A stretch of DNA of 64,000 nt from Candidatus Eremiobacteria bacterium (GCA_963758295.1 CAVWUU010000004.1:128001-192000); one strand, 5' to 3'; counted from the first letter of the stretch, positions 48,193-58,316 are shown. Notes: generated by a model from the sequence alone, not told the origin. Numbers and translations are program-made.

Positions 48193-49179
48193 TTATATCC
48201 AGCGCTTGCGCTTAAAGAATGCCAGGAGGACGCCGAGTGTGAGCAATTGTGAGCCGACGCCAAAAATCAAAAACGATTGCTCGGACGAGATAATGTTCAC
48301 GAGATGCGCGAAATTTTGGCCGAAGAAGCCCGTAATGAAGCTGAGGGGCAAAAAGATCGTCGCGATAATCGTCAGCTGGCGCGTTACCTCGGCTTGACGC
48401 TGCGCGGCAAGGCCCAAATGCAGCTCGAGCGTCCCATTCACCACGTCCTGCGCAGCATCAAGCTGGCTCATCACGCGACGGATATGATCGTCGATGTCGC
48501 GATAGTAGGGCGCTTCTTTCGCTTCTAGGAATTGCGCGTCGCCGCGTATGAACGGGACGAGGATATCGCGCATAGGAGCGACGTGCCGGCGTATGGTTTG
48601 AACGGATCGCCGCGCTTCAAAGATTTGTACTAGTGTGAGGTTGGTCGTCGCTCGCGCTTCGGTTATTGAGTCTTCAAGGCTGGCCACGCGAGTTTCGACG
48701 GCTTCGGTGATGGCGGAGTAGCCGTCGACGATCGTATCGAGAATTTGGTAAAGCAGCGTTCCTGGTCCGCAAGATAGCGTGTCGGGTTGGTGTTCCCAAC
48801 GCCGCAGAATTTCATCAAGCGGGTATGCGGGAGAATTTCGAACGGTAATAACGAATTGCCGGCTCGCAAAAATGGCCATTTCATGCAACGTTAGTGTCGC
48901 ACCGGATGCGGAGAGCGCATGCACGATAACAAACCAATAGGAATCATAGGTTTCGATCTTCGGACGCTCATGGCCAACCACGGCGTCTTCTACGGCAAGC
49001 GGATGAAGCCCGAATTCTTCCTGAAGAAGCGAAAGGTCTTGGACGGAAGGCGCTACGGCATCGAACCAGACAAATGTGCCTCCCGCATGCAGAAGGTCGC
49101 TAATGCGAGCAAAATCTTCCGGCCCTGGAATAGGCTTGCCGTCACGATAGACGCGCAGCTTCATTGCATCGAGAGACAT
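48193..49179 (-). CDS. corA: CorA family divalent cation transporter
   Basis: FGLHPLAVED, RPK.E.Y, D.IVD.Y, LTIIATIFLP.SFITGFFGQNF (GQN variant of the GMN motif). Confidence 0.88.
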   Translation of the reverse strand: MSLDAMKLRVYRDGKPIPGPEDFARISDLLHAGGTFVWFDAVAPSVQDLSLLQEEFGLHPLAVEDAVVGHERPKIETYDSYWFVIVHALSASGATLTLHEMAIFASRQFVITVRNSPAYPLDEILRRWEHQPDTLSCGPGTLLYQILDTIVDGYSAITEAVETRVASLEDSITEARATTNLTLVQIFEARRSVQTIRRHVAPMRDILVPFIRGDAQFLEAKEAPYYRDIDDHIRRVMSQLDAAQDVVNGTLELHLGLAAQRQAEVTRQLTIIATIFLPLSFITGFFGQNFAHLVNIISSEQSFLIFGVGSQLLTLGVLLAFFKRKRWI

Positions 49180-49304
49180 CCGCTCCTCCGTGGATCCTAT
49201 ATCCCCGAGATGCGCTCTCTTTCCCGTCGCGCCGCTCATTTCCGAGCTTTTTTGTGATGGATGTTTCGTAAGAAGCACAAGGGACAGTCGGGATAGATTT
49301 CGGC

Positions 49305-50360
49305 TTGTGCGAAGAATACGAACCTCCATCACACGGGTTCGCCGATAGGAGATGGTGGTTCGAAAGCTTGTTGAATCGAAAATCGTTCCTCGCGTCCGCC
49401 GCCGGAACGGCAGCTGCGGCGGCTGCTCTTCCTGCCGGTGCTGAAGCGCAGATGCATCCCTCGCCGGTCTTTGTAAACACGTGGAGCGACAGTTTCCCGT
49501 ACTTGCACATCGCCGGTGATGTCTTGGCAAAAACGGGTTCGCTAATGGGAGCCATCGAGAGGACCATCAATGCGGTAGAAAATGACCCGAACATTCATAC
49601 GGTGGGCTACGGCGGCTACCCAAACGAAGATGGCGAGGTCGAACTCGATGCAGCCATTATGAGCGGCACCCTTCACCGGGCAGGGAGCGTGTGCAATCTG
49701 CACTCGATCAAGAATCCGATTTCCGTTGCGCGGGCGCTGATGGAGAATACGCGCCACACCACGATTGCCGGCGCCGGCGCGCTAAAGTTTGCTCGCGAGA
49801 TGGGATTCAAAGAAACGAATCTGCTGACCCCCGACGCCCGTGCGGCCTGGGAAGCGTGGAAGCGCGATCCGCACCATCAAACCTACTGGCTGCCCGGCCA
49901 CTCACCCACGAGCAAAGTGAACCACGATACTGTCGGTCTACTCGGGTACGACGGCAAAGGTCATGTAGCAGCGGGCTGTTCGACAAGCGGTGTCGCGTGG
50001 AAGATCCCGGGCCGCGTAGCCGACTCGTCATTGGTCGGATCCGGGCTCTATGCAGATGACAATGTCGGTGCGGCCTCGGCGACCGGCGATGGCGATGTGA
50101 TGACCAATTACTGTTTAAGCTTTTCGATCGTCATGTTAATGGGACGCGGCCTTTCGCCGCAACAGGCGTGCGAGGATAGCCTCCGGCATATGGCACGCAC
50201 CGATCCGATGTCGAGCCAGGTTCAAGCTGCGGTTATTGCGATCGACAATCGCGGTAACGTGGGCTCCGCACAGATGCGCGCGGACTCGCAGTTTCATTAC
50301 GGCGTGTGGCGGGACGGAAAGAGCACGCTGCACGCCGCTCCGGCGATTATCACGGGATAA
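49305..50360 (+). CDS. N4-(beta-N-acetylglucosaminyl)-L-asparaginase (Ntn hydrolase), Tat-like signal
   Basis: VGYGG.PN.DG.VELDA.IM, HD|TVG autocleavage site, STSG...K.PGRV.DS, ATGDGD; NRKSFL followed by an Ala-rich h-region. Confidence 0.88.
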   Translation: MCEEYEPPSHGFADRRWWFESLLNRKSFLASAAGTAAAAAALPAGAEAQMHPSPVFVNTWSDSFPYLHIAGDVLAKTGSLMGAIERTINAVENDPNIHTVGYGGYPNEDGEVELDAAIMSGTLHRAGSVCNLHSIKNPISVARALMENTRHTTIAGAGALKFAREMGFKETNLLTPDARAAWEAWKRDPHHQTYWLPGHSPTSKVNHDTVGLLGYDGKGHVAAGCSTSGVAWKIPGRVADSSLVGSGLYADDNVGAASATGDGDVMTNYCLSFSIVMLMGRGLSPQQACEDSLRHMARTDPMSSQVQAAVIAIDNRGNVGSAQMRADSQFHYGVWRDGKSTLHAAPAIITG

Positions 50361-50444
50361 AGGCCAGGACGTATAAGCCTTAAAGAACGATTCAGGCTTC
50401 CGCGAGCGGCCTTCTAACTGCTTCGGTTTGCGATCCTAATTCCG

Positions 50445-52280
50445 TTAGCCATGTATTGGGTTCTTCACGCTAAGCTGGCTCTCACCGTCGCCAATACCGC
50501 TAACCGCGGCGATGCGCTCTAGGACGCGTGGAGCTTCGGCGCCAAGGCTTGCATAAGCGCGAATCAGTTCTTGCACTTCCCGTATCTGCACTTGCAAACG
50601 CTGCATGAGGATCACGTCGAGTTGCACGGCGACGTGTTCGAGCGCGTAGCTCATGGCCTCCATCTCGTCCGGGGTGTATGTTTCTCGAACACGGCGGCTG
50701 CCGCACGCAGCGAAGCCGATCAGTTCGCCTCGCGCAAGCATCGGGAATACAAGCTCAGCCGTAATGGTAGACTTGCCGTCATGCACAAATTGCGGAGTGC
50801 GCATATCTTTGAGCGCGAGTATGGTCGGATCGTCGCGAGAAATACGCGGAAGCGCAGAGCCTTCCGGCCAACTAGCGCCCATCGTAAAGTCGCCGTCGCT
50901 CCGCGCCAAGTAGAGCGCAGCGTGTTCCGCTCTTGCGTACTCGGTGAGCGCCAACACGGTGCGTTGTTGCAGCGTTGCTTCATCCTTGATGAAGGCGGCC
51001 TGACGCCCGAATGAGCGAAGCGCCTCTTCGGCTTCGTATCGTGCGCGGAAGATCAGGCGGTCGGCGAAGCCGTCGACGTGCCGGTGGAGGGTGCGCATTC
51101 CAACGCCGATTGCAAGGGCTGAGCCAAGCGTGATGATCGTTCCGGTCAAGCGCGAGTACGATTCTACATAGTGGCCAACAAGGTACTCGACTAAAACAAA
51201 CAGCGCGACGATGCTTGTTGAAAGCATTCCAAAGACCGCCGCTCGATTAACCGCAAATGTGAGATCTAGTACGCGATACCGGAAAAACGCATACACAATG
51301 CAGACAATTCCCACGACCTCGCCGAGGTTGGAAAGAGTATCCCCGAGATCGGTAAAGGCGCCCCCTGCGGATGTGAACAGTGAAGGGAACCACGTTACTG
51401 ACGTGTATGAGTACGCGATGCAGGCCATACCAAGAGCAAGCCATTCAAGCCTCAAACGGTCCAACTGCATCGAAGTGCGGAAGTCTAGAATAAGTGCCGC
51501 AATCGCGAATGCTCCGTAGACGGAGGGACAGCCGTAGTTTTGGAGGGCGACTAACACCTTGCCGGAGACGTGCGGCTCGAACCCGTTTAACGCGTGCATC
51601 ATCGATGCGAGCGTGAGGAAGAACGCTATCAAACCAAAAGCGGTAGCGACTCGCGCAATCGTACGTCTGCCATCCGTTGGATAGCGGTTTGGAAACCAGC
51701 AGCAGAAGAGTACGAGGAAGAGCAGAATGACCGGCAGCGGGGCCTCGCCCATGGTATAACCAAAGGCCAGGCCGAAAAAACGCGATCCGGAATTCCCGAA
51801 CGTTTCAATGCTATCGAGCAGCAGAAATAAGCCAAATGCACGTGCAGCTCGATCTGCCGGCCGGGACCAGAACAGGCCCAATGCGAGCAGCAGACAGAGG
51901 AGGCGCAATACGTGTGAGGATATGCGCGCCGGCGAGAAAATCGTGGGAATGGGCGTTGCGGTAACGCTGATGCCTCTGCTCAAGCGCTCATCGTAAAAAG
52001 ACAAATGCTGTCCGGCGCGTGCAACGCCGGCTGCGCCGGGTCCGGTGGAGTTTTCAATTCGGAACCACGCCGCATCGATCCGATCGCCGGCCTTGACCCC
52101 GGCGGAGGCGGCGCTGCTCCCCGGAAAAACGTTGTTTACAATGGCTTGCCGGTCTGAGACCGCATCATAAGTAAAACCGACATCCGGGAAGCGGTCCCGA
52201 TCGAAAAGGTCGACAAATGCAACGAACAGCGCAAATACCGCCGCCAGCGTCAGAAAGTAGCGCCAGAGTGCTGAGCTCAT
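50445..52280 (-). CDS. Multipass membrane protein: PDZ - TM bundle - GAF - short coiled coil, no output domain
   Basis: VFPGSSAASAGVKAGDRI (PDZ); about 9-10 hydrophobic segments; FPMLARGELIG...G.R...E.Y.PDE (GAF). Start placed at MSSALW after a GGAG RBS. Confidence 0.78.
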   Translation of the reverse strand: MSSALWRYFLTLAAVFALFVAFVDLFDRDRFPDVGFTYDAVSDRQAIVNNVFPGSSAASAGVKAGDRIDAAWFRIENSTGPGAAGVARAGQHLSFYDERLSRGISVTATPIPTIFSPARISSHVLRLLCLLLALGLFWSRPADRAARAFGLFLLLDSIETFGNSGSRFFGLAFGYTMGEAPLPVILLFLVLFCCWFPNRYPTDGRRTIARVATAFGLIAFFLTLASMMHALNGFEPHVSGKVLVALQNYGCPSVYGAFAIAALILDFRTSMQLDRLRLEWLALGMACIAYSYTSVTWFPSLFTSAGGAFTDLGDTLSNLGEVVGIVCIVYAFFRYRVLDLTFAVNRAAVFGMLSTSIVALFVLVEYLVGHYVESYSRLTGTIITLGSALAIGVGMRTLHRHVDGFADRLIFRARYEAEEALRSFGRQAAFIKDEATLQQRTVLALTEYARAEHAALYLARSDGDFTMGASWPEGSALPRISRDDPTILALKDMRTPQFVHDGKSTITAELVFPMLARGELIGFAACGSRRVRETYTPDEMEAMSYALEHVAVQLDVILMQRLQVQIREVQELIRAYASLGAEAPRVLERIAAVSGIGDGESQLSVKNPIHG

Positions 52281-52394
52281 CGGTGCTTCTCCCGCGATAG
52301 GACCCGCCAGTTCATCTTGCCGCATCCGGGTTAATAAACGCAAGGTCCGCGCTAGTGCAAGTGCATCACACGACTCATCGTCGGGTTTGCGCCA

Positions 52395-52934
52395 TCAAGC
52401 AGGGACGAATTTCAGTCTCACGGCGTCCTCGCCGATCGCGTTCGTGGCGATAAGGTGGAGCGGTGGAAGAGCACCGGCGAAAAACGGCTTGCCGCCGCCG
52501 AGCAGGAAGGGACGAAGGTATAGATGGTATTCATCGATGAGCGGTCTTAGGCTATGCGCAAGATTGGGGCCGCCGACGTCGATCTCGCCGTCTACCGTTT
52601 CCTTCAGCCGGCGCACAAACGCTTCGACATCGTCACCGACAAGCGTGGCGTTTGCGCCGACTGATTTCAAAGAGCGTGAAACGATCCACTTCGGCTTCGC
52701 CCGCCATGCCGCGGCGAAATCGTGTTCCACCGCTTCCCAATCCGGCTGATCTTCGTCCCAATAGCGCATCACCTCGTACATCCGGCGGCCGTACAGCATT
52801 CCAGCGAGGCCGCGGACATACTCGTTGAAATACTGATGGAGCGCAACGCCGGGTGGCGGCAATTGCGGCCCGGCCTCGGCACCGGCGACATAGCCGTCCA
52901 GAGACTGCATCATCCCGAAGACAAGTTTGCCCAC
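52395..52934 (-). CDS. Dihydrofolate reductase / RibD C-terminal family protein
   Basis: SLDGYV, YGRRMYE.M.YW, PK.IVSRSL, GG..LA, LIDEY.L...P.LLGGG.PFF. Confidence 0.9.
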   Translation of the reverse strand: MGKLVFGMMQSLDGYVAGAEAGPQLPPPGVALHQYFNEYVRGLAGMLYGRRMYEVMRYWDEDQPDWEAVEHDFAAAWRAKPKWIVSRSLKSVGANATLVGDDVEAFVRRLKETVDGEIDVGGPNLAHSLRPLIDEYHLYLRPFLLGGGKPFFAGALPPLHLIATNAIGEDAVRLKFVPA

Positions 52935-52938
52935 GTCT

Positions 52939-53319
52939 TCAAACGAACGCTTCGAGATCTTCGTCCGAAAACAAAGGGCGTATTTCGATCGATTCGCCGT
53001 ACTCGAAGGGACATCGCGAAAGGCGTTGGACGAGTTCTTCCTTGGAGGGCGCCTCTAGCAACCAAAAGCCGGCAATTAACTCTTTCGTTTCAGCGAAGGG
53101 GCCATCGATAATGTGCGGCTTTGTGCCGGCGTAATCGATCCGGACGCCCGTGGAGGTGGGTTTCAGGCCGCCCATCTCAACGAGCATTCCGTCGGCGATG
53201 AGCGTTTGGTTGAACGCCCCCATTTTTTCAAAGCTCTCGCCGCAGTTTTTGGGGAAGCTGCCGGCTTCGTAGCGGGCAACTTCGGCGCTATTCGGTTTGA
53301 CCATGACCAAGAATCGCAT
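52939..53319 (-). CDS. YciI/DGPF family protein
   Basis: GLKPTS.G.R, DGPFAETKELIAGFWL, IEIRP. Confidence 0.9.
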   Translation of the reverse strand: MRFLVMVKPNSAEVARYEAGSFPKNCGESFEKMGAFNQTLIADGMLVEMGGLKPTSTGVRIDYAGTKPHIIDGPFAETKELIAGFWLLEAPSKEELVQRLSRCPFEYGESIEIRPLFSDEDLEAFV

Positions 53320-53428
53320 GTGGTCTCCTGTCGCTGAATCGCTTCTACTTACACGTCGAACGGAGTGGTCCGAAATAGACACCGGCCGGCAAAAAAGTTT
53401 GCCGCCCTAGCACCGGGCAGTAGCAAGT

Positions 53429-53881
53429 TCAACGCATACACGGAGCCGTCACGTTGTAGGGATGCCCGCCTGCGGAGCCGCGCGCTCGCACGACGAACTT
53501 GCGGGCGCCGTTAATAACTAACACATTGGTTGCCTTCGACACGGTACCGCCGTCGCTGAGGGTTCCGAGAAACGTCACGCCGTCGAACGATGTCTGCGAC
53601 TCGGTTGCGCCGGTGGAGTCGGCGCTTACGGTCCAGTACAGTTTGCGTCGCGCATCGTAACCGTAGTACGCGTCCTCGGTCGAGTCCTGAGAGTACAGAT
53701 GGCCGTGCAGCGTGTTCCCCGGCCCTATGTCGTATGCGGCAAAGTACTTGGCCGTTCCGAGCGTGCACGTCCACCGTGCGCCGAGCAAATCGTTGTAAAT
53801 GCTCATCTTGGCGGTGAAGCTGCCGGCGCCCGCAGCCGTGCTTCCTATGAGGACACCGGCTAAGGTAAGTGCTGTCATCAT
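53429..53881 (-). CDS. Secreted beta-rich hypothetical protein
   Basis: Signal peptide MMTALTLAGVLIGSTAAGA; LLG.RWTC, GYD.....YW....DS.G, terminal Cys. Confidence 0.65.
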   Translation of the reverse strand: MMTALTLAGVLIGSTAAGAGSFTAKMSIYNDLLGARWTCTLGTAKYFAAYDIGPGNTLHGHLYSQDSTEDAYYGYDARRKLYWTVSADSTGATESQTSFDGVTFLGTLSDGGTVSKATNVLVINGARKFVVRARGSAGGHPYNVTAPCMR

Positions 53882-53949
53882 GGCTGAGCAATACTCCCGA
53901 AGTATTCTGATTTCGCTGTGTCGCTGGCGCTTCGTGACCACGCCTTCTG

Positions 53950-54140
53950 TTACAAAGTGTTCGTCGATGCAGTGACCGGCGCTAAAAGTTTCGCGACTTT
54001 CGCCGCAAGCGGATGCGCAGCGCCGTTGGTGTTCGTGAGGACGATGATGGTGAGGCCTTCGTCGATATACGTCTGCATCAGCGCATCGAATCCCGCGATC
54101 GACCCATCGTGGCCGATGATCCGCCGTCCATCCTCGGAGT
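53950..54140 (-). pseudogene. C-terminal remnant of a serine hydrolase / beta-lactamase-family gene
   Basis: GRRIIGHDGSIAGF......IDEGLTIIVLTN (HxG motif region) with no upstream SxxK-containing part. Confidence 0.6.
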
Positions 54141-54284
54141 GACGTTCGGCCTCGCGGCCCGGCAAAGTACGGTCTTAGCGCGGTAATTACCCGCGCCAAG
54201 CCTTAGCGTCTGGTTGTCGCTAACGGCCTTCATCCCTTCGAGTGCGCGTATCGCCGCTGCAATGGCGATTCGTGGCGCGTGCTT

Positions 54285-56099
54285 TCACAGCGGTGCTTCA
54301 TCAGCTAAACGTTTCAGGCGGCGCACTTGCTCGAGTTGCGTATTGATCGCCGCAAAGCCGTTCGCCATGGCAGCATGCATGGCCCGAACTTCCGTCGCCA
54401 AGCCGTTATCGGCTGCAGCATGCTTTTGTGAGAGCACATCCAGAGACGCTGCGACGCCGTGTGCGAGCTCTTCGATAGCCTGTGATTCGTCGGGCGCGTA
54501 CGTTTCTTCCGAGCGCTTTGGACCTAGTACCAGCGCCCCGACTAGCCGGCCCCGCGCAACCATCGGGTACGCAAACTCTCCGCGTAGCTGCGTTTGCGTT
54601 CGATTCAAATCAACAACTCGGTGCCAGGTACGCAGCGAAACAATTGCCGGATCGTTTTCACTCACGCTGCCGTACGAGCCGGCGCCATCGTCCAGCGCAA
54701 GCCGGGCAAACGACGCCTCCGCGTGCTGCTCGAGCACTTGCGCGGTCCGCGCAATCAGCGTTTGCGCATCACTAATGTACGCCGCCTCGTGCGCAAAACG
54801 GCGAATCGCCTGTTCGTCCTCATGGCGCTTGCGGAAGAAGACGCGGTCCAGTACATGCTCAACGCGCGCGCTCACGACGTGAATCGAGAGTCCGAGTGCA
54901 AGCGCTACAGCGGCGCCGGCAAGCAGGCTCGCCGTATGGCTCATCTCTTGCAGCCACCAGCCAAGCGCCCATTCCACGAGCACGAACGCACCAACAACGA
55001 TGAATGAGACGACGGAAAAGATCGCCACCCGGTTCAGTGCAAAACCGATATCGAGCAAACGCCGGTTAAGCAACGCGTACGTCATGCCGAGCGGCGCTAA
55101 GAACGAGCCGATGTTGTCGAATTCATAGGCAACTACCAGCGCCGTCCCCCGTGCCGACGTGGGAAAGATCCCGGCTGCCAAAAAACTGAACGCGCCGAAA
55201 AACAAATAGAGTCCAACGGATGCCGTTGACCAGGCGATGCGCGCGCGCTCCTTTCCGCGTGCCGCCACAATTCCTGCGATTGCGCAGGCGATCGCCAAGA
55301 AATACGGTGCAGCGGCCCACTCTAGGTGCCAGTCGGGCCCCAGCGTTTGGGCCTCCCAGGCTTTGCTGCCAGTCCAAAGCATGGCAAGGCGTGCAGCCTC
55401 ATAGATTGCAACGGCGGCGCATAACGCATACGTTAGGCTCGAGAGTATCACGCGGATCGGCGAAGTGGGTCGCCCGAAGATCAGTGCATATCTCACAAGC
55501 AAAGCGGGTTGAGCGACGGTCAACGCATAGCCAATCATCGCCCCTATCAAGTCAACGCCTGGTGATGGTGTTAGCCAACTTCCGGCTTGCAGACCGGAGG
55601 CGGCGGGAATGAGTGCGAGGAGCGTGCAGAGTATGCGAGCTTCAAGGGAACCTGCCCGGCGCCACGCGATCAAAAATGCAAAACCGAGCAGCCAAAAAGA
55701 AGCCGCGGCCCACAATAATGTGTCCCAGCGCCACGCCGGCTTCTCGCCGCTGCGATATGGCACCCGAGTTGTGCGCGCACCCCGAGTAACAACTACCGGA
55801 ATCTGCTCGTGCGGATGGACGCCCGTGAACAGCCGATAGCGATCGCCCGGAGAGAGGTCGCGCACGTGAATTAAGTCGCCCGCTCGTAAACCGCTAACGT
55901 CGGCTGCGCCGCGCGGATCGATGGACGCGATACGAGCCAACGCGGGGTTCGGCGTGAGCTCAACCTGAAATCCAAGCGCCGAAGACGCCTCGACGGACAT
56001 CGTAAAGAGGCTATACGAATTGATTGCCGTGCTGAGAAAGCAGAGCATCAACAGGAGCGGCCGCCAGAGGCGGGTCGAGCTGGGTGCGCCGGCCTCCAT
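54285..56099 (-). CDS. Multipass membrane protein: PDZ - TM bundle - GAF - coiled coil, paralog of 50445-52280
   Basis: IDPRGAADVSGLRAGDLI (PDZ); LDIGFALNR, DRVFFR.R, NDPAI..L, YPMVARGRLVG...GPKRSEETYAPDE. Confidence 0.8.
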   Translation of the reverse strand: MEAGAPSSTRLWRPLLLMLCFLSTAINSYSLFTMSVEASSALGFQVELTPNPALARIASIDPRGAADVSGLRAGDLIHVRDLSPGDRYRLFTGVHPHEQIPVVVTRGARTTRVPYRSGEKPAWRWDTLLWAAASFWLLGFAFLIAWRRAGSLEARILCTLLALIPAASGLQAGSWLTPSPGVDLIGAMIGYALTVAQPALLVRYALIFGRPTSPIRVILSSLTYALCAAVAIYEAARLAMLWTGSKAWEAQTLGPDWHLEWAAAPYFLAIACAIAGIVAARGKERARIAWSTASVGLYLFFGAFSFLAAGIFPTSARGTALVVAYEFDNIGSFLAPLGMTYALLNRRLLDIGFALNRVAIFSVVSFIVVGAFVLVEWALGWWLQEMSHTASLLAGAAVALALGLSIHVVSARVEHVLDRVFFRKRHEDEQAIRRFAHEAAYISDAQTLIARTAQVLEQHAEASFARLALDDGAGSYGSVSENDPAIVSLRTWHRVVDLNRTQTQLRGEFAYPMVARGRLVGALVLGPKRSEETYAPDESQAIEELAHGVAASLDVLSQKHAAADNGLATEVRAMHAAMANGFAAINTQLEQVRRLKRLADEAPL

Positions 56100-56287
56100 C
56101 GAGAGTACTTACGGCGCGGCTGCCGCCATTCCCTCAGAACTTTGGTCCGCGTCACTTAGCCGAACAAAAAGGGCGGCACGTTATGCGCCGCCTTCGTACG
56201 TCAAGGGATGAGTACTTTACTGGTAACGCGTATGTATTCCAACCAGGACATATTCCTGTGTCGTGGTCCTGGCATGGCGCGCTAAGT

Positions 56288-57751
56288 TTACGAGCGAAAC
56301 GCTCTTGCAAATTCCTCGCGAAACACGTCTGGGCGGAACAATCTGCGCTGATCGTCAGTCTTCAGGTACCTAGAAAAAACATATACGCCTGAGCATGCGA
56401 TCCAGCTATCCGATGATGACAGCGCTTCTAATGCTTCCCTAGGCCGCCCGCCGTTGGCTTTAGCCAACCGCGCTAGCGTATAGATCGCTAATTCGCGCCA
56501 CATACCCCACCTCGGAAATGATACGTTTCCTGCGGCTGCGTCATAAAGCGCGTCCGCGATCACGGACGCATCAACTGCGTCTAAGAGGTGTTGAGCGGCT
56601 TCGATTCGGTTCCTTGCCTCTGCGGCCCTTAAAAATTTTCGCATTAAAGTAAACAGGCGTCTTGCAGTTTCGTCGGCGCCCTGTTCCTTTTGCAACTTGA
56701 CGGCGCTTCGAATTGTTTCAAAGATGGGCGCGTCTCCGCTTTCCTCATCGAGAAGGTTGACAACTTCAGCCGGATTGTTCGGCCTGCCAAATTCTGACGA
56801 ACCCGATGGCCAGACCCGTAGCCTATCGCCACGGAGCACAGACTCGATGCGGTTAGCAAGGATAGATCCTGCCATAGTTTCGTGAATCCAAAACGCACCG
56901 GTAGCACGAGCGCCGCCCATTCCGCCTCCGAAATGTTCGCCGATGTCAACGCGGTGGAACCAAAGCCTTACACCTTGCGGCTCCTCCCAGTTCATGTAGT
57001 CGACATCGAAGACTAAGCCGGCCAGCTCCTCAGCGGAACACATTACTTGCTGCGATGGAATGGTGAAGTAGGTTTGACCTCCGTCGTCGCCTTCCGCAAT
57101 GCAAAGGAAATTGCCGCGTTGGGCGTAGCGCAACCGTGACGCGCTTTGCGTTACTTCTCGTCGGCTGTACGTCGCGATATCCGTGACTTCGTCATTGCGC
57201 TCCATGCGCAGGCGAGTCATTCGCTTCAGATATCTGCGAGAGAAAGATTCTGCAATAGACCGACGCGCTTCTGTTATCAACGGAACAATATTAGTAAATG
57301 CAGATTCACTGGTAGTTGGTAACAGCGATTCAAAGTGGGAAACTAACGCCTCCCGAAGCTCGCGATCTTGTACCTTGTCTTCCGACATTCGCGTATCGAA
57401 CTGGCGATACATGTGACCGTGTCGGGCGAAGTTTATGCGCGCTTCCGTAAGCGAGTAATTTCCGTTGGGACCGCCCGCTATTTCGTCGGGCGTGAAGAAG
57501 CCTGCGAACGGTGCAAATTCGGAGTCATCTTGGCCGTCGTCTTCCCAGCCGCAAATAACGCAGTTCTCGTGATAAGAACCGCAGCTGTGAACTGGATAAC
57601 CGCAACATGGACAGGTCGAAAATGTAAATTCGTCGCCGTGTTCGAGCGATTGTTGCAGCAGCGCCTCCACTGATGGAAGCGAAAGGTAACGTTCAAAAAC
57701 CCTTCGCCGCTCTGCTAGCGTGGTGAGAATATCGTCGTTGGACAATGACAT
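56288..57751 (-). CDS. CPCC cysteine-rich domain protein with unknown C-terminal domains
   Basis: TCPCCGY...CVICGWEDDGQ...GGPN..YSL.EAR.NF; helical C-terminus; more A/T-ending codons than the core genes. Confidence 0.78.
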   Translation of the reverse strand: MSLSNDDILTTLAERRRVFERYLSLPSVEALLQQSLEHGDEFTFSTCPCCGYPVHSCGSYHENCVICGWEDDGQDDSEFAPFAGFFTPDEIAGGPNGNYSLTEARINFARHGHMYRQFDTRMSEDKVQDRELREALVSHFESLLPTTSESAFTNIVPLITEARRSIAESFSRRYLKRMTRLRMERNDEVTDIATYSRREVTQSASRLRYAQRGNFLCIAEGDDGGQTYFTIPSQQVMCSAEELAGLVFDVDYMNWEEPQGVRLWFHRVDIGEHFGGGMGGARATGAFWIHETMAGSILANRIESVLRGDRLRVWPSGSSEFGRPNNPAEVVNLLDEESGDAPIFETIRSAVKLQKEQGADETARRLFTLMRKFLRAAEARNRIEAAQHLLDAVDASVIADALYDAAAGNVSFPRWGMWRELAIYTLARLAKANGGRPREALEALSSSDSWIACSGVYVFSRYLKTDDQRRLFRPDVFREEFARAFRS

Positions 57752-58280
57752 GGAGAAGCGGGATGCAAACCCCGCGGTTGCGCGAGTTGTATGGCTCCGA
57801 CGCTGTACGAAGCGGCTAGGAGAGAATCCTGTTAGGGGCTAAAGGCGCCCCGACGAGTGACGCCTCCGGATCGTTCCCATTGCAGCGGATCTACGAGGAG
57901 ATATTTCGGTTAGAGCGGCTCGCAAGCGTAATCCAAGAAGCCGAGTTTCTCTTGTCGCGTCTCGTGCGGCGCGAAAAGGCGATCCGCTAGAACACTCGTT
58001 CTCTTCGTAAACCTCGAACGCTGCTGCTGGAGAGTATCGATCCGCCAGTTCCCGGCCGCCGGTGGAAATCCGCAATCGTAGAGGCAGCCGGCGGGGTGCC
58101 GTTGTCGTCGCATGGCCGAGGAAAAGCCGCATCGCTAACGTGGGAAGATGTGAAGCGTGAAGACCCGACGCGATCATAATAGCGCTTGACGGTATGCATT
58201 CTACGCGCGAATCGGCTGATTTGACGTACTCATACGAGTAACATTAAGCGTTACATTATAACAATCTCCTGAAGCGCAAT

Positions 58281-58316
58281 AAAAACGGGGCCTCCGAATG
58301 AAGGCCCCGTCGTTTT
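58281..58316 (-). terminator. Intrinsic terminator downstream of nrdJ
   Basis: AAAAACGGGGCCT...AGGCCCCGT(CG)TTTT. Confidence 0.7.
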
